Below, one piece after another: positions 40,401 through 52,917 of a DNA stretch of 64,000 nucleotides. Made by a program: the position numbers and the translations under genes. Numbering within the stretch: the stretch's first letter is position 1; every line of letters begins with the position of its first letter. A model generated the notes under the pieces. The model saw only the letters and a program-made list of their open reading frames with translations, ran no database searches and was not told the origin of the DNA. Origin of the DNA: Scenedesmus sp. PABB004 (lineage: Eukaryota); contig JABVCE010000033.1 in NCBI GenBank assembly GCA_014905635.1, positions 1 to 64,000 on the forward strand, written 5' to 3'.

Positions 40401-43400
40401 GGCGGCGGCGGCGCCCGCGGCAGCCTCGTGGCGCGCGCCCTCTCACCGCCGCGCCCGGGCCGCTGCCGCCGCCGCCGCCGCAGTCGCTGGCGCGCAAGCA
40501 CCTGGGCGTCGACGTGACCGTGTTTGAGCGCGTGCACGACGGCCTGCAGACCATCAGCAAGGGCGACGTCGTGCGGCTCAACACCAAGCCGGCGGTGCTG
40601 GGGCGCGTGAGTGCCACGCGCCGCCAGCCCGGCTGTTGGCGCAGGCGCCGCCGCCGCCTCCCTGCTGCCGCCGCAGTGCGCCGCCCACGCGCGCCGCCGC
40701 CGCTGCCTGCCTCGGTGCGCAGGTCGTGCACTTCAGCATCCCCCAGGTGGTGCAGGCCGAGGGCTGCTACTCGGGGGGCCGCGTCACCGTCACGGCGCTG
40801 CCGCAGGAGCTGCTCGGCGCCGACAACCTGCACACCTGGCCGCTGCGCCGCCTGGAGGGCCTGGTCAGCAGCGAGGAGCTGGCGGACCACGTGTCGCGCG
40901 AGCTCGCCAAGGTGCGCGGGGGCGGGCCGGCAAGCGGCGGCCGCCGCACGCGCCCCACAGCGCGCCCCTCACCCCCCCCCCCTCCCCTGCCGCGCCGCAG
41001 CTGCCGGCGACGCTGCGCTTCGAGCCGCTGCGCCTCGCCACCGGCAGCGTGGTGAGCCTGCCCGCGGGCAGCAGCCTGCCGGAGACAAGCGTCGCGGTGG
41101 TCAACGGCCTCGGCGCCAAGGTGGTCAAGGCCCTGCTCGGGGGCAGCCGCGAGGCGCTGCGCGTGGTGAGCGCGCGCGCGCGGCAGCGCGGCGCGGCGCG
41201 CGGCGCGGCGCGCGGCGCGCCACGCGACCAGGCCGGCAGGCCGGCGCTGCCGGGCGGCGGCGGCGCCGACCGCACCGCCGCCGCCGCCGGCGCTGCGCTG
41301 CGCGTGCAGTCACAAACGCTGTACTACCTCGGCCCAGCCGGCACGGCGCGCAAGCGCACCGCCGCGGCCGCCGGCCAGCCCTCGGGCGGGGGCGGCAGCG
41401 GTGGCCAGGCGGACATCGCCACGGCGGCGGCGCCGCCGGCCGACGACGCCGCCGGCAAGCGCGGCCGGCCGCGCGGCAAGCGCCGGCGCAAGGGCGCCGG
41501 CGCGGCAGAGGCGGGCGACGCGGAGAAGGAGAATGAGCTGCCCGCGGCCACAATGGCAGAGCCGGGCGCTGAGGGCGGCGGCAAGGTGGTGGAGGCGGCG
41601 GCGGAGCCGGCAGAGGTGCGTGCGGTGCCAGGCCCGGCGGGCGCGGCGGCGCGCGGCGGCCTCGGGCGCCGCCCGCCACGCTGCCGCGCGCCGCCGCGCG
41701 CAGGCGGACGAGGTGCCGGAGGGCGAGGTGCTGCTGACCGCTGAGAACAGGAGCCCCAACCACGACACGTTCCAGTTCCAGCGCATCACCGGCGGCCTCA
41801 CGTGGTGCGTTGCGTTGCGCCGCCGCGCCGCGCCGGCTTGCGCGCGGGCGCGGCAGCGCTCACACGCCCCCTTCCGCCCCGCCCGCCTGCGCAGCGCGGG
41901 CTGCTACGTGCTGCAGTACAGCCTTCTGCCCGAGCTGCCAGGCGGGCGCACGCTGCGGCTGAGCATCGACCTGCAGGTCACGCCCGCCGCGCCGGTCGCG
42001 TTTGACATACGGGTGCGGCGCCGCCGCTGGCGCCCCCAGCTGGAGCTGCCAGCTGCTGCCCTCGCGGCCGCCGCCAGCCCGCACACTTGACTGCACGCTC
42101 GCACGCCCGCGCCGACCGCCCGCCGCCCGCGCCGCGCCGCGCCGCCGGGGCAGGGCGAGGGACGCGCGATCGCGCTGAGCAAGGCGGTGATGCTGGGCGA
42201 GGCGCTGCCGCCGCTGCGGCTCGCGCTGGTCGACGCGCACGGCAACATGGTGCCCGGCGGCGGCGGCGCGTGGACGGAGCGGCCGGTGCAGCTGCAGGTG
42301 CTCGCTGGCGGCGCGCCCGGCGGCGGCGCGGTGCTGCAGGAGCTGTCGGTGTCGGCGGACATGGTGCGCGCACGGCCTGGGGCGCAGACGCGCGGCCAGG
42401 CACCGCACGCGCGCATCCGACAGCACCCCATGGCACCCTGCTGAGCCCGCCGCCGGCCGGCGCGCGCGCCCCTGCCCTGCCCTGCGCAGGAGGAGGCGCA
42501 GGACGAGCTGCTGCTCACCCGCCTGCGCATCATGGGCCCGCCGGCGCCAGCCGCGGGCGGCGCCGGAATGCGGCTCTTCCGGCCGCACCCGCCGCCGGAG
42601 GCCGACCGCACGGCCAGCGGCGCGGCGCCGGGCCAGCGCGGCGCGGGCAGCGGGCCGCCGGTGAGCCTGCCCATCGTGCGCGCGGTGGACGTGTTCCTTG
42701 CGGCGCACGTGGAGGGGCTGGCGCCGCAGGTGGGCCACGGCGCAGGGTGCCGGCCGCTGCAGCGGCGAGGGGGCCGGGCTGCGCGGCCGTGCCGCTCACG
42801 CGCCGCGCGCCGCGGCAGGGCTTCCCCCTGCGCCTGGCGCCCGGCGCGCCGCACTCGGTCCGGCTGCTGGCGGGGCACCCCTTTGTCGGCGGCGCCGAGG
42901 CGGAGGAGGGCGCCGCCGCGCTGATGACGCAGCTCCCCGCGCCGGGGCAGGCGCTCGCGGCGGCGGAGGCGATGAGCGGCGAGGCGCTGCCCTCGTTCAA
43001 GGTGCGGCGCTTGGCACCAGGCGCGCGGCGATGTGGCAGCGCTCGCGCCGCGCAGGTGCAAACCCAACGCCGCGGCGGCGCAGGTGCAAACCCTGGACGT
43101 CTGGGGCAACGCGACCTGCCCCAGCGACGAGCTGCCGTTTGAGGTCGCGCTGCAGTGCGACGCGGCCGACCCTGCGGCCTGCAGCTTTGGCGTGGACGAC
43201 AGGTGCGCTCGGGCGCGGCCTGCGCGGGCGCCGCGTGCCCCGCCTCGGCTGCCGCAGCCGCGCCGGGTCGGCGCCACGCTCGCCAAACGGGCCGCCCGCC
43301 GCGCCTGCATCATCCACCCTTCTCCCCGTAGGGGCGTGGCGGTGGTGAGCGGCGTCTCGGTGTACCGCCAGGACGCCAAGGCCGAGGCTGAGGGCGAGGC

Positions 43401-46400
43401 CGCCGCGTCGCCGCCCGCCGACGCGGAGCTGAGCCAGCGCCACGCGCTCCTGCTGTGGCCGGCGTGCGCCGCGGTCGAGGCGGCGCCGCTCGTGGCGGCG
43501 CTGGAGGTGGCGAGCCCGCAGCAGCAGCTCGCGCTGGAGCTGCTCGTGCAGCCGAGCACGCGGCCGGCGGAGCTCATCATGACCTATCAGGGCGAGGTGG
43601 GTGCAGGGGGCGGGCAGGCGGGGCGGCAGGCAGGAGGCAGGGCCAGGCGGGGAGCACGCAAGGGCCCAGCGTGCGGCAGCGGCGGCGGCGAGCTGGCCCC
43701 GCCGCGCCGCGCCGTGCAGGAGCTGGGGCGGCGCACGCAGGAGGGCGCCGAGGGCGGCGAGCCTGACCTCGTCTGGCAGCTCGCGGGCGTGGAGGCGGGC
43801 AGCCGCGTGGAGGGCCTCGCCGTGCGCTGCGTTGACGAGGTCGGCCGCCCCGCCGCCGGCGGCGTGCGCGGCAAGATGCAGGTGGGGCGCATCCCCGACG
43901 CGGGCCGCGGCGCGCCGCGCCGGGGCTGCCCCCGGCACAGCGCCCGCCGCCCCTCACGCGCCGCCGCGGGCGCGCGCAGGTGTCGTGGGCCAAGGGCGCC
44001 AAGAAGGCGCTGCTGGGCGGCGACGACATCCGGCTGCCGCCGCTGCAGGCGCCCGACGCGGTGGGGCCGGCGGTGCCATTCTGGGTGCGCTTCATTGGCG
44101 ACCCCAAGGAGTGGCCGGGTGCGCGACGCGGGCGCGCCGCGCACGCGCGGCGCACGCGCGGCGCTGGCGCTGCCAGCGCTGGTGCTGGTGCTGCTGTGCC
44201 GCGGCGTGCGGCAGGGGCGGGCTCGCGCGCCGGCGCCCCAAGTCTCCTCACAACCCGCGCCCCTGCCTCCTCCCCAAACGTAAACGGCCAGGCGTGTCGC
44301 TGGACATCCAGTTTGAGGTGTCGGTCGCGCCCGGCCCCCCCGCGTCGTGGAGCGTCGCCATCGTCGACTACGCGCGCGGCGCGGCCGCGGCGGCCGCCGC
44401 GGCGGCGGGCCGCGCCACGGGCGCCGAGCGCCCGGGCGGCGACGACCTGAGCGCCATCCCCTGCGGCCAGCCCTTTTACCTGGAGATTGAGGCCCTGGAC
44501 GCATGCCACAACCGGTGCGGCGCCAGGCTGCCGGCGCTGAGCTTGCCCAGGCAGCGCGCGAGCCGCCTTGCCGCGCCCAGAGGGCTGAGCTTGGCGCGGG
44601 GGCTGAGCCTAGCGCGGCGCGCCGCGCAGGTGCTGCTTCGCGAGCGCCGAGGCGCGCCCGCGCCCAGTCGTGCTGGCCGAGGCGGTCGACCCCGAGGCGG
44701 CGCTGGCGCTCGAGCCCGACGCGTGGCAGCACAAGTGGGACAACACGCAGGCCGGCGGCGACGTGTGCCTGTTCAAGCTCTGGCTCAAGGGCCCGCCGGG
44801 GCCGGTCAAGCTGTTCGTGCGGTGCGCCGGGCGGGGCGCGCTTGCCCCCGGCGCGCGCGCGCGCGCCCCCCAGCCCGCTGCGCCCCGCCCGCTCAGCCGG
44901 CCCGGCCCCGCGCGCCCGCGCCCGCCGCCGCCTCCGCGGCAGGGACGACGCAGGCGAGGACGGCGCGTCGCTGCTGGTGCCGGACGAGCTCAGCGTGGAC
45001 CTGCTGCCCGGCCCGCCCGCCGCGCTGGTCGCCGACTGCCCGCCGCAGCTCGCGTGCGGCACGCGCGGCCTGGTGGAGAGCCTGCCGGTGCGGGCGGTCG
45101 ACGCGCACGGCAACCTGGCGGAGAGCGCGACGTTTGAGGTGCGGGTCGGGGGGCACGGAGGGCCGCGGGGCGCGCCCAGCTGGCGGCAGGCGGCGGCCGG
45201 CTCAGCCGCCGCGTCGCGCCGCGCCGCGCCGCGCCGCGCCGCAGGTCGCGCTGCAGGGCAGCGCGTTCAACGCCGACGGCAGCGCCGCTGCGCGCGTGAG
45301 CGCGGCCGGCAGCAACCGGCTCAAGCTGCGTGGCGGGCTGGGCGCGTTCAAGGCGGTGCGGCTGCAGGCGCCCGCGGAGGGTGTGTACAAGCTGGCCGTG
45401 TCGAGCGTCTCGCGCAAGGTCGCGGTGCAGGAGGCGACCGTGCTCGTCCAGGTGCGCAGCCGGCACGCGCGCGTGCCGCGCGCGTGGCGGCAGGCCTGTG
45501 CAGGCCCCCGCTGACCGCATGCGCGCCCACGCTGGCGTGCCGCAGGTGGCGCAGCAGAACTTTGTGGTCGGCCTGGAGCTGCTGCCCGCGAGCCTGCCGG
45601 GCGAGGCCGGCGGCGCGGCGGGCGCGGGGCTGCAGGTGCTGGTGGCGCTGGACACCGAGGACCGCGCGCCGCTGCCCTGGGAGGCGGTGGCCGACGGGCT
45701 CACGCTCTGCCTCGCGCCGCCCGGCGGCGAGGCCGGCGGCAAGGCCAAGGGCGGCAAGGGCGGGGCGGGCGCGGGCCGGCGCGCCGACGCGGTCGTGCTC
45801 TCCCCGGAGCGGCTGTTCGACCCGGCCGCCGACGAGGCCGCGGGTCTGGGCGCGGCGGTTGCGGAGGCCGCCGCGGCCGCGGCGCCGCGCGGCTGCGTCG
45901 TTGTGTTTGCCACGCCCCCGCTCACCGCGGCGGGGCAGTACACGCTGACGGCCGAGTACGCCGAGCGCCGGCCCGCGCTGCTGCCGGGGCTGAGCAAGCA
46001 GGAGCTCTGCCTGCGCAGCACCTCGGCGCAGCTTGCCGTCGCGGCGGGCCCGGTCGCCGCCGCGGCGCTGCAGGCGGGCGGCGCCGACGCCGAGGCGCTC
46101 GCGGTCAGCAACGGCAAGGACGCCGGCTCGCGGTGCGGCGCACCGCGCTGCGGCCCGCGCGGCGCCACGGCTCCCGGGGCTGCCAGGCCGCTCACGCCCC
46201 TCGCCCGCCCGCGCCGTGCTGTGCAGGCGGCTGCTGCGCAACGCGGTGGTGCAGCTGCAGGACGACCACGGCAACGCCACGCCCATCGCGGACGTGCCCG
46301 TGCGCTGGCGGCTGCTCGCCGCCGACGCGGGCAGCCGCGACGACGGCGCCGAGGCGCCGCAGCTCGTGTGCGCGGCGGGCGAGCTGCAGCTGGCGAGCGA

Positions 46401-49004
46401 CGAGCGTGGGCGAGCCTTCTTCGGTGATGTCAGCGTTGAGGCCGGCACCGGCCGCATGGTGCGAACGCACGCGCATCGGCGAGGCGCTGGGGCTTGCTCG
46501 CGCCGCCGCCGCCGGCGCAGGCGCCGGCCCCGCCCCTCCGAGGCCCGCGCTGACCCGCCCCGCCCTGCGCGCCTGCCCCGCGCGCCGCAGCCCGCCGGCG
46601 CGGGGCGCGCGCTGGACTGCGTGCTGGAGGCGCAGGTGCTGCTGCCGCGCGCCAAGAGCAGGCGCAGCAGCAGCCCTGGCTCGAGCTGGGTCACCGTGTG
46701 GACGCGGCCGGTGGTCTTTGCCGACGACGCGGCCCGCATCCGCCAGCTGCAGGTCGGCGCGCCCGCACGGGCGGGAATGCGCGCGCGACGGCCGGCGGCC
46801 GGCGCTGACGCCCGTCGTCTGCGCCGCCTGCCCTGCCCGCGCGGCGCGCTGCCTCTGACGCAGGCCCTGCAGGAGCAGAAGGAGGAGCTGCAGCAGCGCC
46901 TCGCCGCGGTCGCGGAGGGCGTGGCCGACGTGCAGCAGCGCGTGGACGCGGCGACGCGGGAGCACGCGGCGGCGGCCAAGGCGGCGGCAAAGCAGCTCGA
47001 CACGCTGCGCGTCGCGCTGCGGCGGCCGGAGCTGGAGCTGCCGCAGGACGCGCGCGAGGCGGCGGCGGCGCTGCAGACGATCAAGGCCGCGGCGGCCGAG
47101 CAGCCCGAGAAGTGCGCCGCCGCAGCAGCAGCGCGCGCGCCGCGCGCGCCGCGCCAGCCCCCCGCGCGCCCACGCGCCCACGCGCCGCGCTCCGCCGCCG
47201 CCGCCGCCGCCGCAGGCCGCAGCTGTCGGGGCGCTACGGCGGCAGCCGGCAGAGCATGACGCTGTCGATCGCCCGGCTGCTGCAGAGCGGCGACGCCGAC
47301 CTGGTGGGCGTGTTTGCGCAGCTGGGCTACGTCGACGAGCCCCGCCTCAGCGCGGTGCTCGCCGCGAGCTACTGCGCCGCGCTGCAGGTGTGGACGGGCG
47401 CCCGCCGCGCAGGCCCTCCTCGCGGGCCTCCGCGCTCCCGGCGCCCGGCGCCCCTGCCGCCCAGCCCGGCGCGCGCGCGCGGGCAGGCGCCGAGTCGCCG
47501 GCGCGCGTGCCCCGCCGCGCCTTGCCGCAGGTGATGGTGGTGCGGTCGTACGAGGCCATCGCGCGGCTGCGCGGCGCGGCCAAGGCGGGGGGCATGGCGG
47601 TGCCCTCGATGCTCTCCTACAGCCTCATCCAGGCGCGCCGCGCGCGCAGCACGCACAGCACGCACAGCACAGCACGCGCAGCGCGGCCCATCCCTCGGCC
47701 GGGCGCCCTTCCTCGCACGCCCTGGGCTGACGCGCCGGCGTCGCGCCGCCCCGCCCCCGCCGTGCGCGGCAGGAGTACACGTCTGAGAGCGGCCCCTTTG
47801 GCGGCGACACCGTGATGCGCGGCGTGACGCCGCTCGCGCGGCGCCTGCTCGAGGACGCCTGCCTCGGCACCGATGACCCGCTGCCCATCCCGCTCCCGCA
47901 TACGCGCCAGCTCTGCCTGCTCCGCAGCCGCAGCCGCGACGGTGCGCCGCGGGCGCACGGGGGAGGCGCGTGAATCGGCTCGCCGCGCGCCCGCCCGCGC
48001 GCGCTCATGCACGCTCACGGCCGCCCGCCGCCGCTGCGCAGGCCAGGGCCTGCCGCGCGGGCTGGCTGCGGAGGAGTGGCCGCCCGGGTGCCTCGGCTAC
48101 GCGGTCAACCTGGTGCGCCCCGCGCTGCCGGGCACGCGCAAGGGCCTCATGTACGCGCAGGTGCGTGTGCGCGCACGCGCGCACGCGGCGGCGGCGGCGG
48201 AGCCGGCGCGCCAAGCAGCAGCCGGGCCAGGCTGGGCGTGCCCACGCGCCTGCCGCCGCCGCCGCAGATGGGGCGCACGCTGGTGTTTGAGACCATCAAG
48301 CAGGCGGCCGAGTACAGGCGCGCGCGCACCGGCAGCCGCCATCCCCCCGCCGGCGCGCGCCCCGCGCCTCGCCTCCCGACCCTGCTCGCCCCTCCCCCGC
48401 GGCCGCGCCCTCCTCACCACCCGCCGCCCGCGCGCGCAGGCAGTGGGTGGTGCAGACGCTGCGCGGCACGACCGCGGACATCGTCACGCTGGACGAGGGC
48501 AAGCTCAGCGGGCGCGGCGTCGTGGTGGGCAGCAACTTCCGCGTCCTGCCCGTGTCAGACGCGCCGTTCCGCTTCGGCACCATCCCGCCCGGCCAGCAGG
48601 CTGCGAGCCAGGCGTCGCCGTCGCAGTGCGCGGCGGCGGCGGACGCGCTCGCCGACGCGCTGGACGCGCAGCGCGCCGCCGCGGACGAGCTCGCGGCGGC
48701 GACGGCGGCGGCCGCCGCGCCGGAGCACGCGGCGGCGGAGGCGCGGTTCGAGGAGATGCAGCTGCAGCTGGCGGAGCTGCGGCAGCAGCTGCGGCAGCAG
48801 CAGCGCGCCGCGGAGGGCGAGGGCGGCAAGCGCGCCGGCAGGGCGACGCAGGCGCGGCTGACGCAGGCGCGGCCCACGACGACGCAGGCGGGCGGCGAGC
48901 GCGAGGAGGCGGGCGGCGAGCGCGTGGTGGACCTCACCGGCGACGACTGCGGCGGCGGCGGCGGCGAGGGCCGCACGCAGCGCAGCAAGCGCAGGCGCGC
49001 GTGA
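37463..49004 (+). CDS. SMCHD1: SMCHD1-like protein: UBL-like N-terminus, GHKL ATPase, long Ig-like linker, coiled coil and SMC hinge; many exons
   Basis: [127 protein letters not shown]. Hinge: VGVFAQLGYVDE, GYAVNLV, MGRTLVFETIKQAAEYR, IVTLDEGKLSGRG. Confidence 0.92.
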
Positions 49005-49171
49005 GCGGCGGCGGGGGCGGGGCGGGGCCAATCTGTTCATGCGGGTCAAGTGCTGGGTTAACGTGTTCACCCCTCCCCCCAGCGAGGCCCTGCTCGCTCG
49101 TGCCCGGCACGTTCTCCCGCGCGCGCCAGCGAGCAGGAGAGCAGCCGCCGAGCTGTCCGGCGGCGTCCGCG

Positions 49172-51381
49172 TCAGCCGTAGCACCGGATAGGGTCTGCGC
49201 GCGGCGAGGCAGTGGCGGCGCCGGCAGCGTCTGTCTGAGCGCGCCGCGCCGCCGCCGCCGCCGCCGCCGGCGGCGCGCCCCCGCCCCATCCACCCGCAGC
49301 CCCAGCGCGCGCACCGTTGCAGCCCTTGGACGCGTCCTGGGCCTGCCCGAAGCGGCCGCCGCGTGCGAGGTACTGCTGGTGGTAGGGCTCTGCGGCGCTG
49401 TACCCGCTGACCGGCTCCAGCTCGGTCACGACCTTCACGCCCGGCATGGCCGCCCGCTTCTCCTCCAGGAACCTGAACCGCAGTGGGGGCGTGTGGGTGT
49501 GGGTGGGTGTGGGTGGGTGTGGGTGGGTGTGGGTGGAGGGGGGGGGGGGGGGGGGGCACGCGAGGCGCGTGCGTGCGTGCGGGCGCGAGGCGGCGCGGCG
49601 CCCGCGCCCGCGCGTCACGCACTTGCCCGCCTCCTCGAGCTGCTCCGGCGAGTGGGTGTAGATGCCCGCGCGGTACTGCGGGCGGGCGGGCGGGCGCGCG
49701 CGGGCGCGGCAGGGTCGGCGGGCGGGCGGGCGGCGGCGGCCCGCCGCGCCGCGCGGCGCGCGCCGGCCGCAGCCCCGCCGCGCCTGCGTGCCGACGTCCG
49801 CGCCCTGCTTGTTGAGGCTGGTCGGGTCGTGGGAGCCCCAGAAGACGTCCAACAGCTCGCGGTAGGAGACCTGGCCCGGGTCGTACGTCACCTGCACGAC
49901 CTCGGTGTGGCCCGTGGTGCCGCTGCAGACGTCCTCGTAGCTCGGGTTCTTGACCTTGCCCTGGCTGAAGCCCACCTCAGTCGACACCACGCCCGGCACG
50001 CGCTGCGCGGACGCGCGCGGCGCGGCGTCGCGTCGCGGCGCGGGCGGGCGCGGCCGTACGCCGCCGGTGCCGCCGGTGCCGCCGCCGCCGCAAGTACCGC
50101 CCCGCCGCGTCGCTCCCCGCGCCCGCCGCGCACCATGAAGCGAAGCTCGGGCCCCAGAAGCACCCGGAGCCTGCGACGGCACGCACGCGTCAGGGCGGCG
50201 GCCAGCAGCGGCGCCGCCTGCGCGCGCCCCGCGGCCCGCCGCGCGCGCACCAAACGTGGCTTGGCCAGCGCGTCGGCCGCCGCGAGCGACACCAGCTCCA
50301 CGTCTGGCGCGCGGCGCGACGAGCGGCGACGCGGCGTGAGGTGCGCACACCGGGCGGCCGCCGCCCCCAGCAGCACGCGCGCCGCGCGCCCCGCGCCATC
50401 CCCGCGCGCGCACCAAACGTCAGGTGCTTGCCCGCCAGCTCGTGGTTGAGGTCGAGCGTGACCTGCTCGTCGCCCATGTCCGTCACGGTCGCGGGCAGCC
50501 CGTTGCTGAGCATCACGCGGTCGCCGAGCGCGAGGCCCTCGGGCGCCTTGGCGCGGGGGATGGTGATGATGTACTCGGGGTTGACCTGGCCGGACGGCGG
50601 CGGTCAAACCGCAGTCAAACGCGGCCGGGCGCCGCGCGGCTGCTGGTGCACGGCGGCGGCGGCGCACCTGGCCGTACGCGTCCTCCGGCGCCACCCGGAC
50701 CTTGTTGGTCTCCCCGACCTTGAGCCCCGTCACGGCGGTGTCAAAACCCTTGATCACCTGCGCGCGCGCGCAGGGGCGGCCGGGCTCGCGCGCGGGCGCG
50801 CGCCGCCGCGCGCGCCGCTCGCGCCTGCGGCGCACGGCTGCACTCCGACCTTGCCGCCGCCGACGTTGAACTCCAGCGGCTGCCGGCCCTCCTTGCGGCT
50901 GGTGTCAAACACGGTGCCGTCGTCCAGGGTGCCGGTGTAGTGGACGGTGACAAAATCGCCCGCCTTGGCAGCGGCGGCCGCAGCCGCCACGGAGACGCGC
51001 CGCGCGCCCGCGTGGCGGCGGCCTGCCAGCGGCGCCGCGGCGGGGCGCGCGCCCGCGCTGCGGCTGGGGTGGTCGTGGGATGAGGGGTGGCGGTGGTGGG
51101 GGGGGGCGGCGGTCGGCGGCGGCGGCGGCGGCAGCAGCGGCAGCGGCCGTCGGCGCGCCGCCGCTCGTCGCTGGCGCGGCCCGGCTGGCCGGCTTGTGGC
51201 TCAGGGCGCCCGCCTCTCAGCAGGACGCGACCGCTCAACGGCGTGGGCACCGCGGCCAACGGGCTGGGCAGCAGCAGCCACACGCGAGTGCTGCACAGGG
51301 GCAGCAGCCACGCGCAAGTGCCATGCGCATTCGCGAGCGCGCCAGTCCCCCGCACCTGAGCGCACGCCGAGCAAGCTGCAT
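49172..51381 (-). CDS. Organelle-targeted fusion of a SlyD/FkpB-type FKBP PPIase (with insert-in-flap domain) and methionine sulfoxide reductase A; two apparent 1-nt deletions in the assembly
   Basis: [68 protein letters not shown]. Msr[73 protein letters not shown]. Start codon uncertain. Confidence 0.88.
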
Positions 51382-52917
51382 GGCCTCCTCCGCGGCGGCA
51401 GCGACGGCAGTCGGCGCCGAGCGCGCACGGGGGCGGCGGGCGAGCGCTGCAGGGGCCGCTCGCGCGGAGGCTGCGTGGCCAGGCGCGGAGACTCGCCCGG
51501 CAGGCTCTGTGCGAGGAAGGTCTGCGCCGTCGGCGCAGGCAAGCCGCGAGCGCACGTGGGTGTTACTGCGCGCGCCTCCTCGACCGCCACGCGCACACGG
51601 CCACCTTCACAAAAAGCCTGTACACCTCCGCCGCACCCCTGCTGGCCATCAAATCGAATCAGATCAAACCGCCGCTGTGCAAAGATCGCGCACGCGCCGC
51701 GGGGCCGCGCCCTCGTCGTCCGAGGGGCGCGCCGCCGCCGCGCCGCCGCGCACGCACGCCGCGCCGCCACACACACACCGCCACGCAGTACCCCCCCCCC
51801 CCTGCGGCGCCCTTGCGGCACCGCACGCACACGCACGCACGCACACGCAGCAGTCTGGGCTGAGAGCACGCGACCCTGAGAGAGAGGGCACGCACACCAG
51901 CCCTTGCGCGGCGCAGCACGCACGCAGCACGGCCGGCGCGCTCGCGCTCGCACGCGCACGCGTGAGCCAAGCGCCGCACATGGGCGGGCGCGGGCGCACA
52001 AGGCGCCGCGCGCGCCGCCACGGTTGCCTGTTCGGGGCTGGGCCTCAATCGCCGCCGCGCCTTGCGCGGCGCGGCGGCACGGCGCGCCGCCGACCCCCAC
52101 TCTATGATTGCGTTGCAGGCACCAGGCACCGGGCGCGCACACGCTGGGTGCCGACGGATGCGCACACACACCGGCGGCGCAGGCAAGCAAGCAGCAAGCA
52201 AGAGACAAACGGGAACAAGAAGGCATGCGATCCTCTGGGCCAAAAAACAGGCGCAAAGCAGCGCCACGACCAAAGAGGCAGCACTGCGTGCCGCGCACGT
52301 CACTCACGTGGCCACGGCGGCGCGCGCCGACCGCGGCTCGCGCACGGCAAAAGTGCTGCTAGCGACCGCCCGGGGCAGCGTCGGGGGGCGCCCGGGAGCG
52401 CCGCCGCCGCCCCGCCCCGGCTCTTCTTCGCCACCGCCTCTCTCCCTTGGGTTTCTTGTCTTGTCCCGCCGCCCGCCCTCTCCCTTTCTTCGCCCGTCTT
52501 CTTCGGGGGCGCCCCCGCGCCCACCCTGGTGCGCCGCCGGGCCCGCCTGCGCGTGGGGCGTAGGCCGCCGTGTGGCCGGCGGCCGCGCCGGCGCCCACAG
52601 ACGCAGGCGCCGCGTTTGATTCGCAAGTCTTCGGGGCGGGGCGAGCAGCGCCACACACGCACGCCGGCGACGACAGTGCCATGGCCGAGGCAGCAGGCAG
52701 CGCCACAGCGAGGAGAACGGATGCTACACAGGCGGCAACGCAGAAGGTTGGTGATGTACAGGCGAGTGAGGCGCCGGGCCGCTCGGGCCCGCGCCACGCC
52801 AGGCAGCGACGCATCAGGGCACCACCGGGGTCAGGCAGAGGCCCCGTTGCGCGCGGGGCGGCAGGCGCTGCCCCGGCACGCAGCAGCAGCGCGGCGCGCG
52901 GCGGGCGCGCCCGGCCG

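Noticed and set aside
51400..52900. Possible extra gene between FKBP-MsrA and F-box/LRR
   Set aside because: No recognisable exons. The GT/CA-rich low-complexity sequence fits the 3' UTR of the LRR gene plus a promoter.
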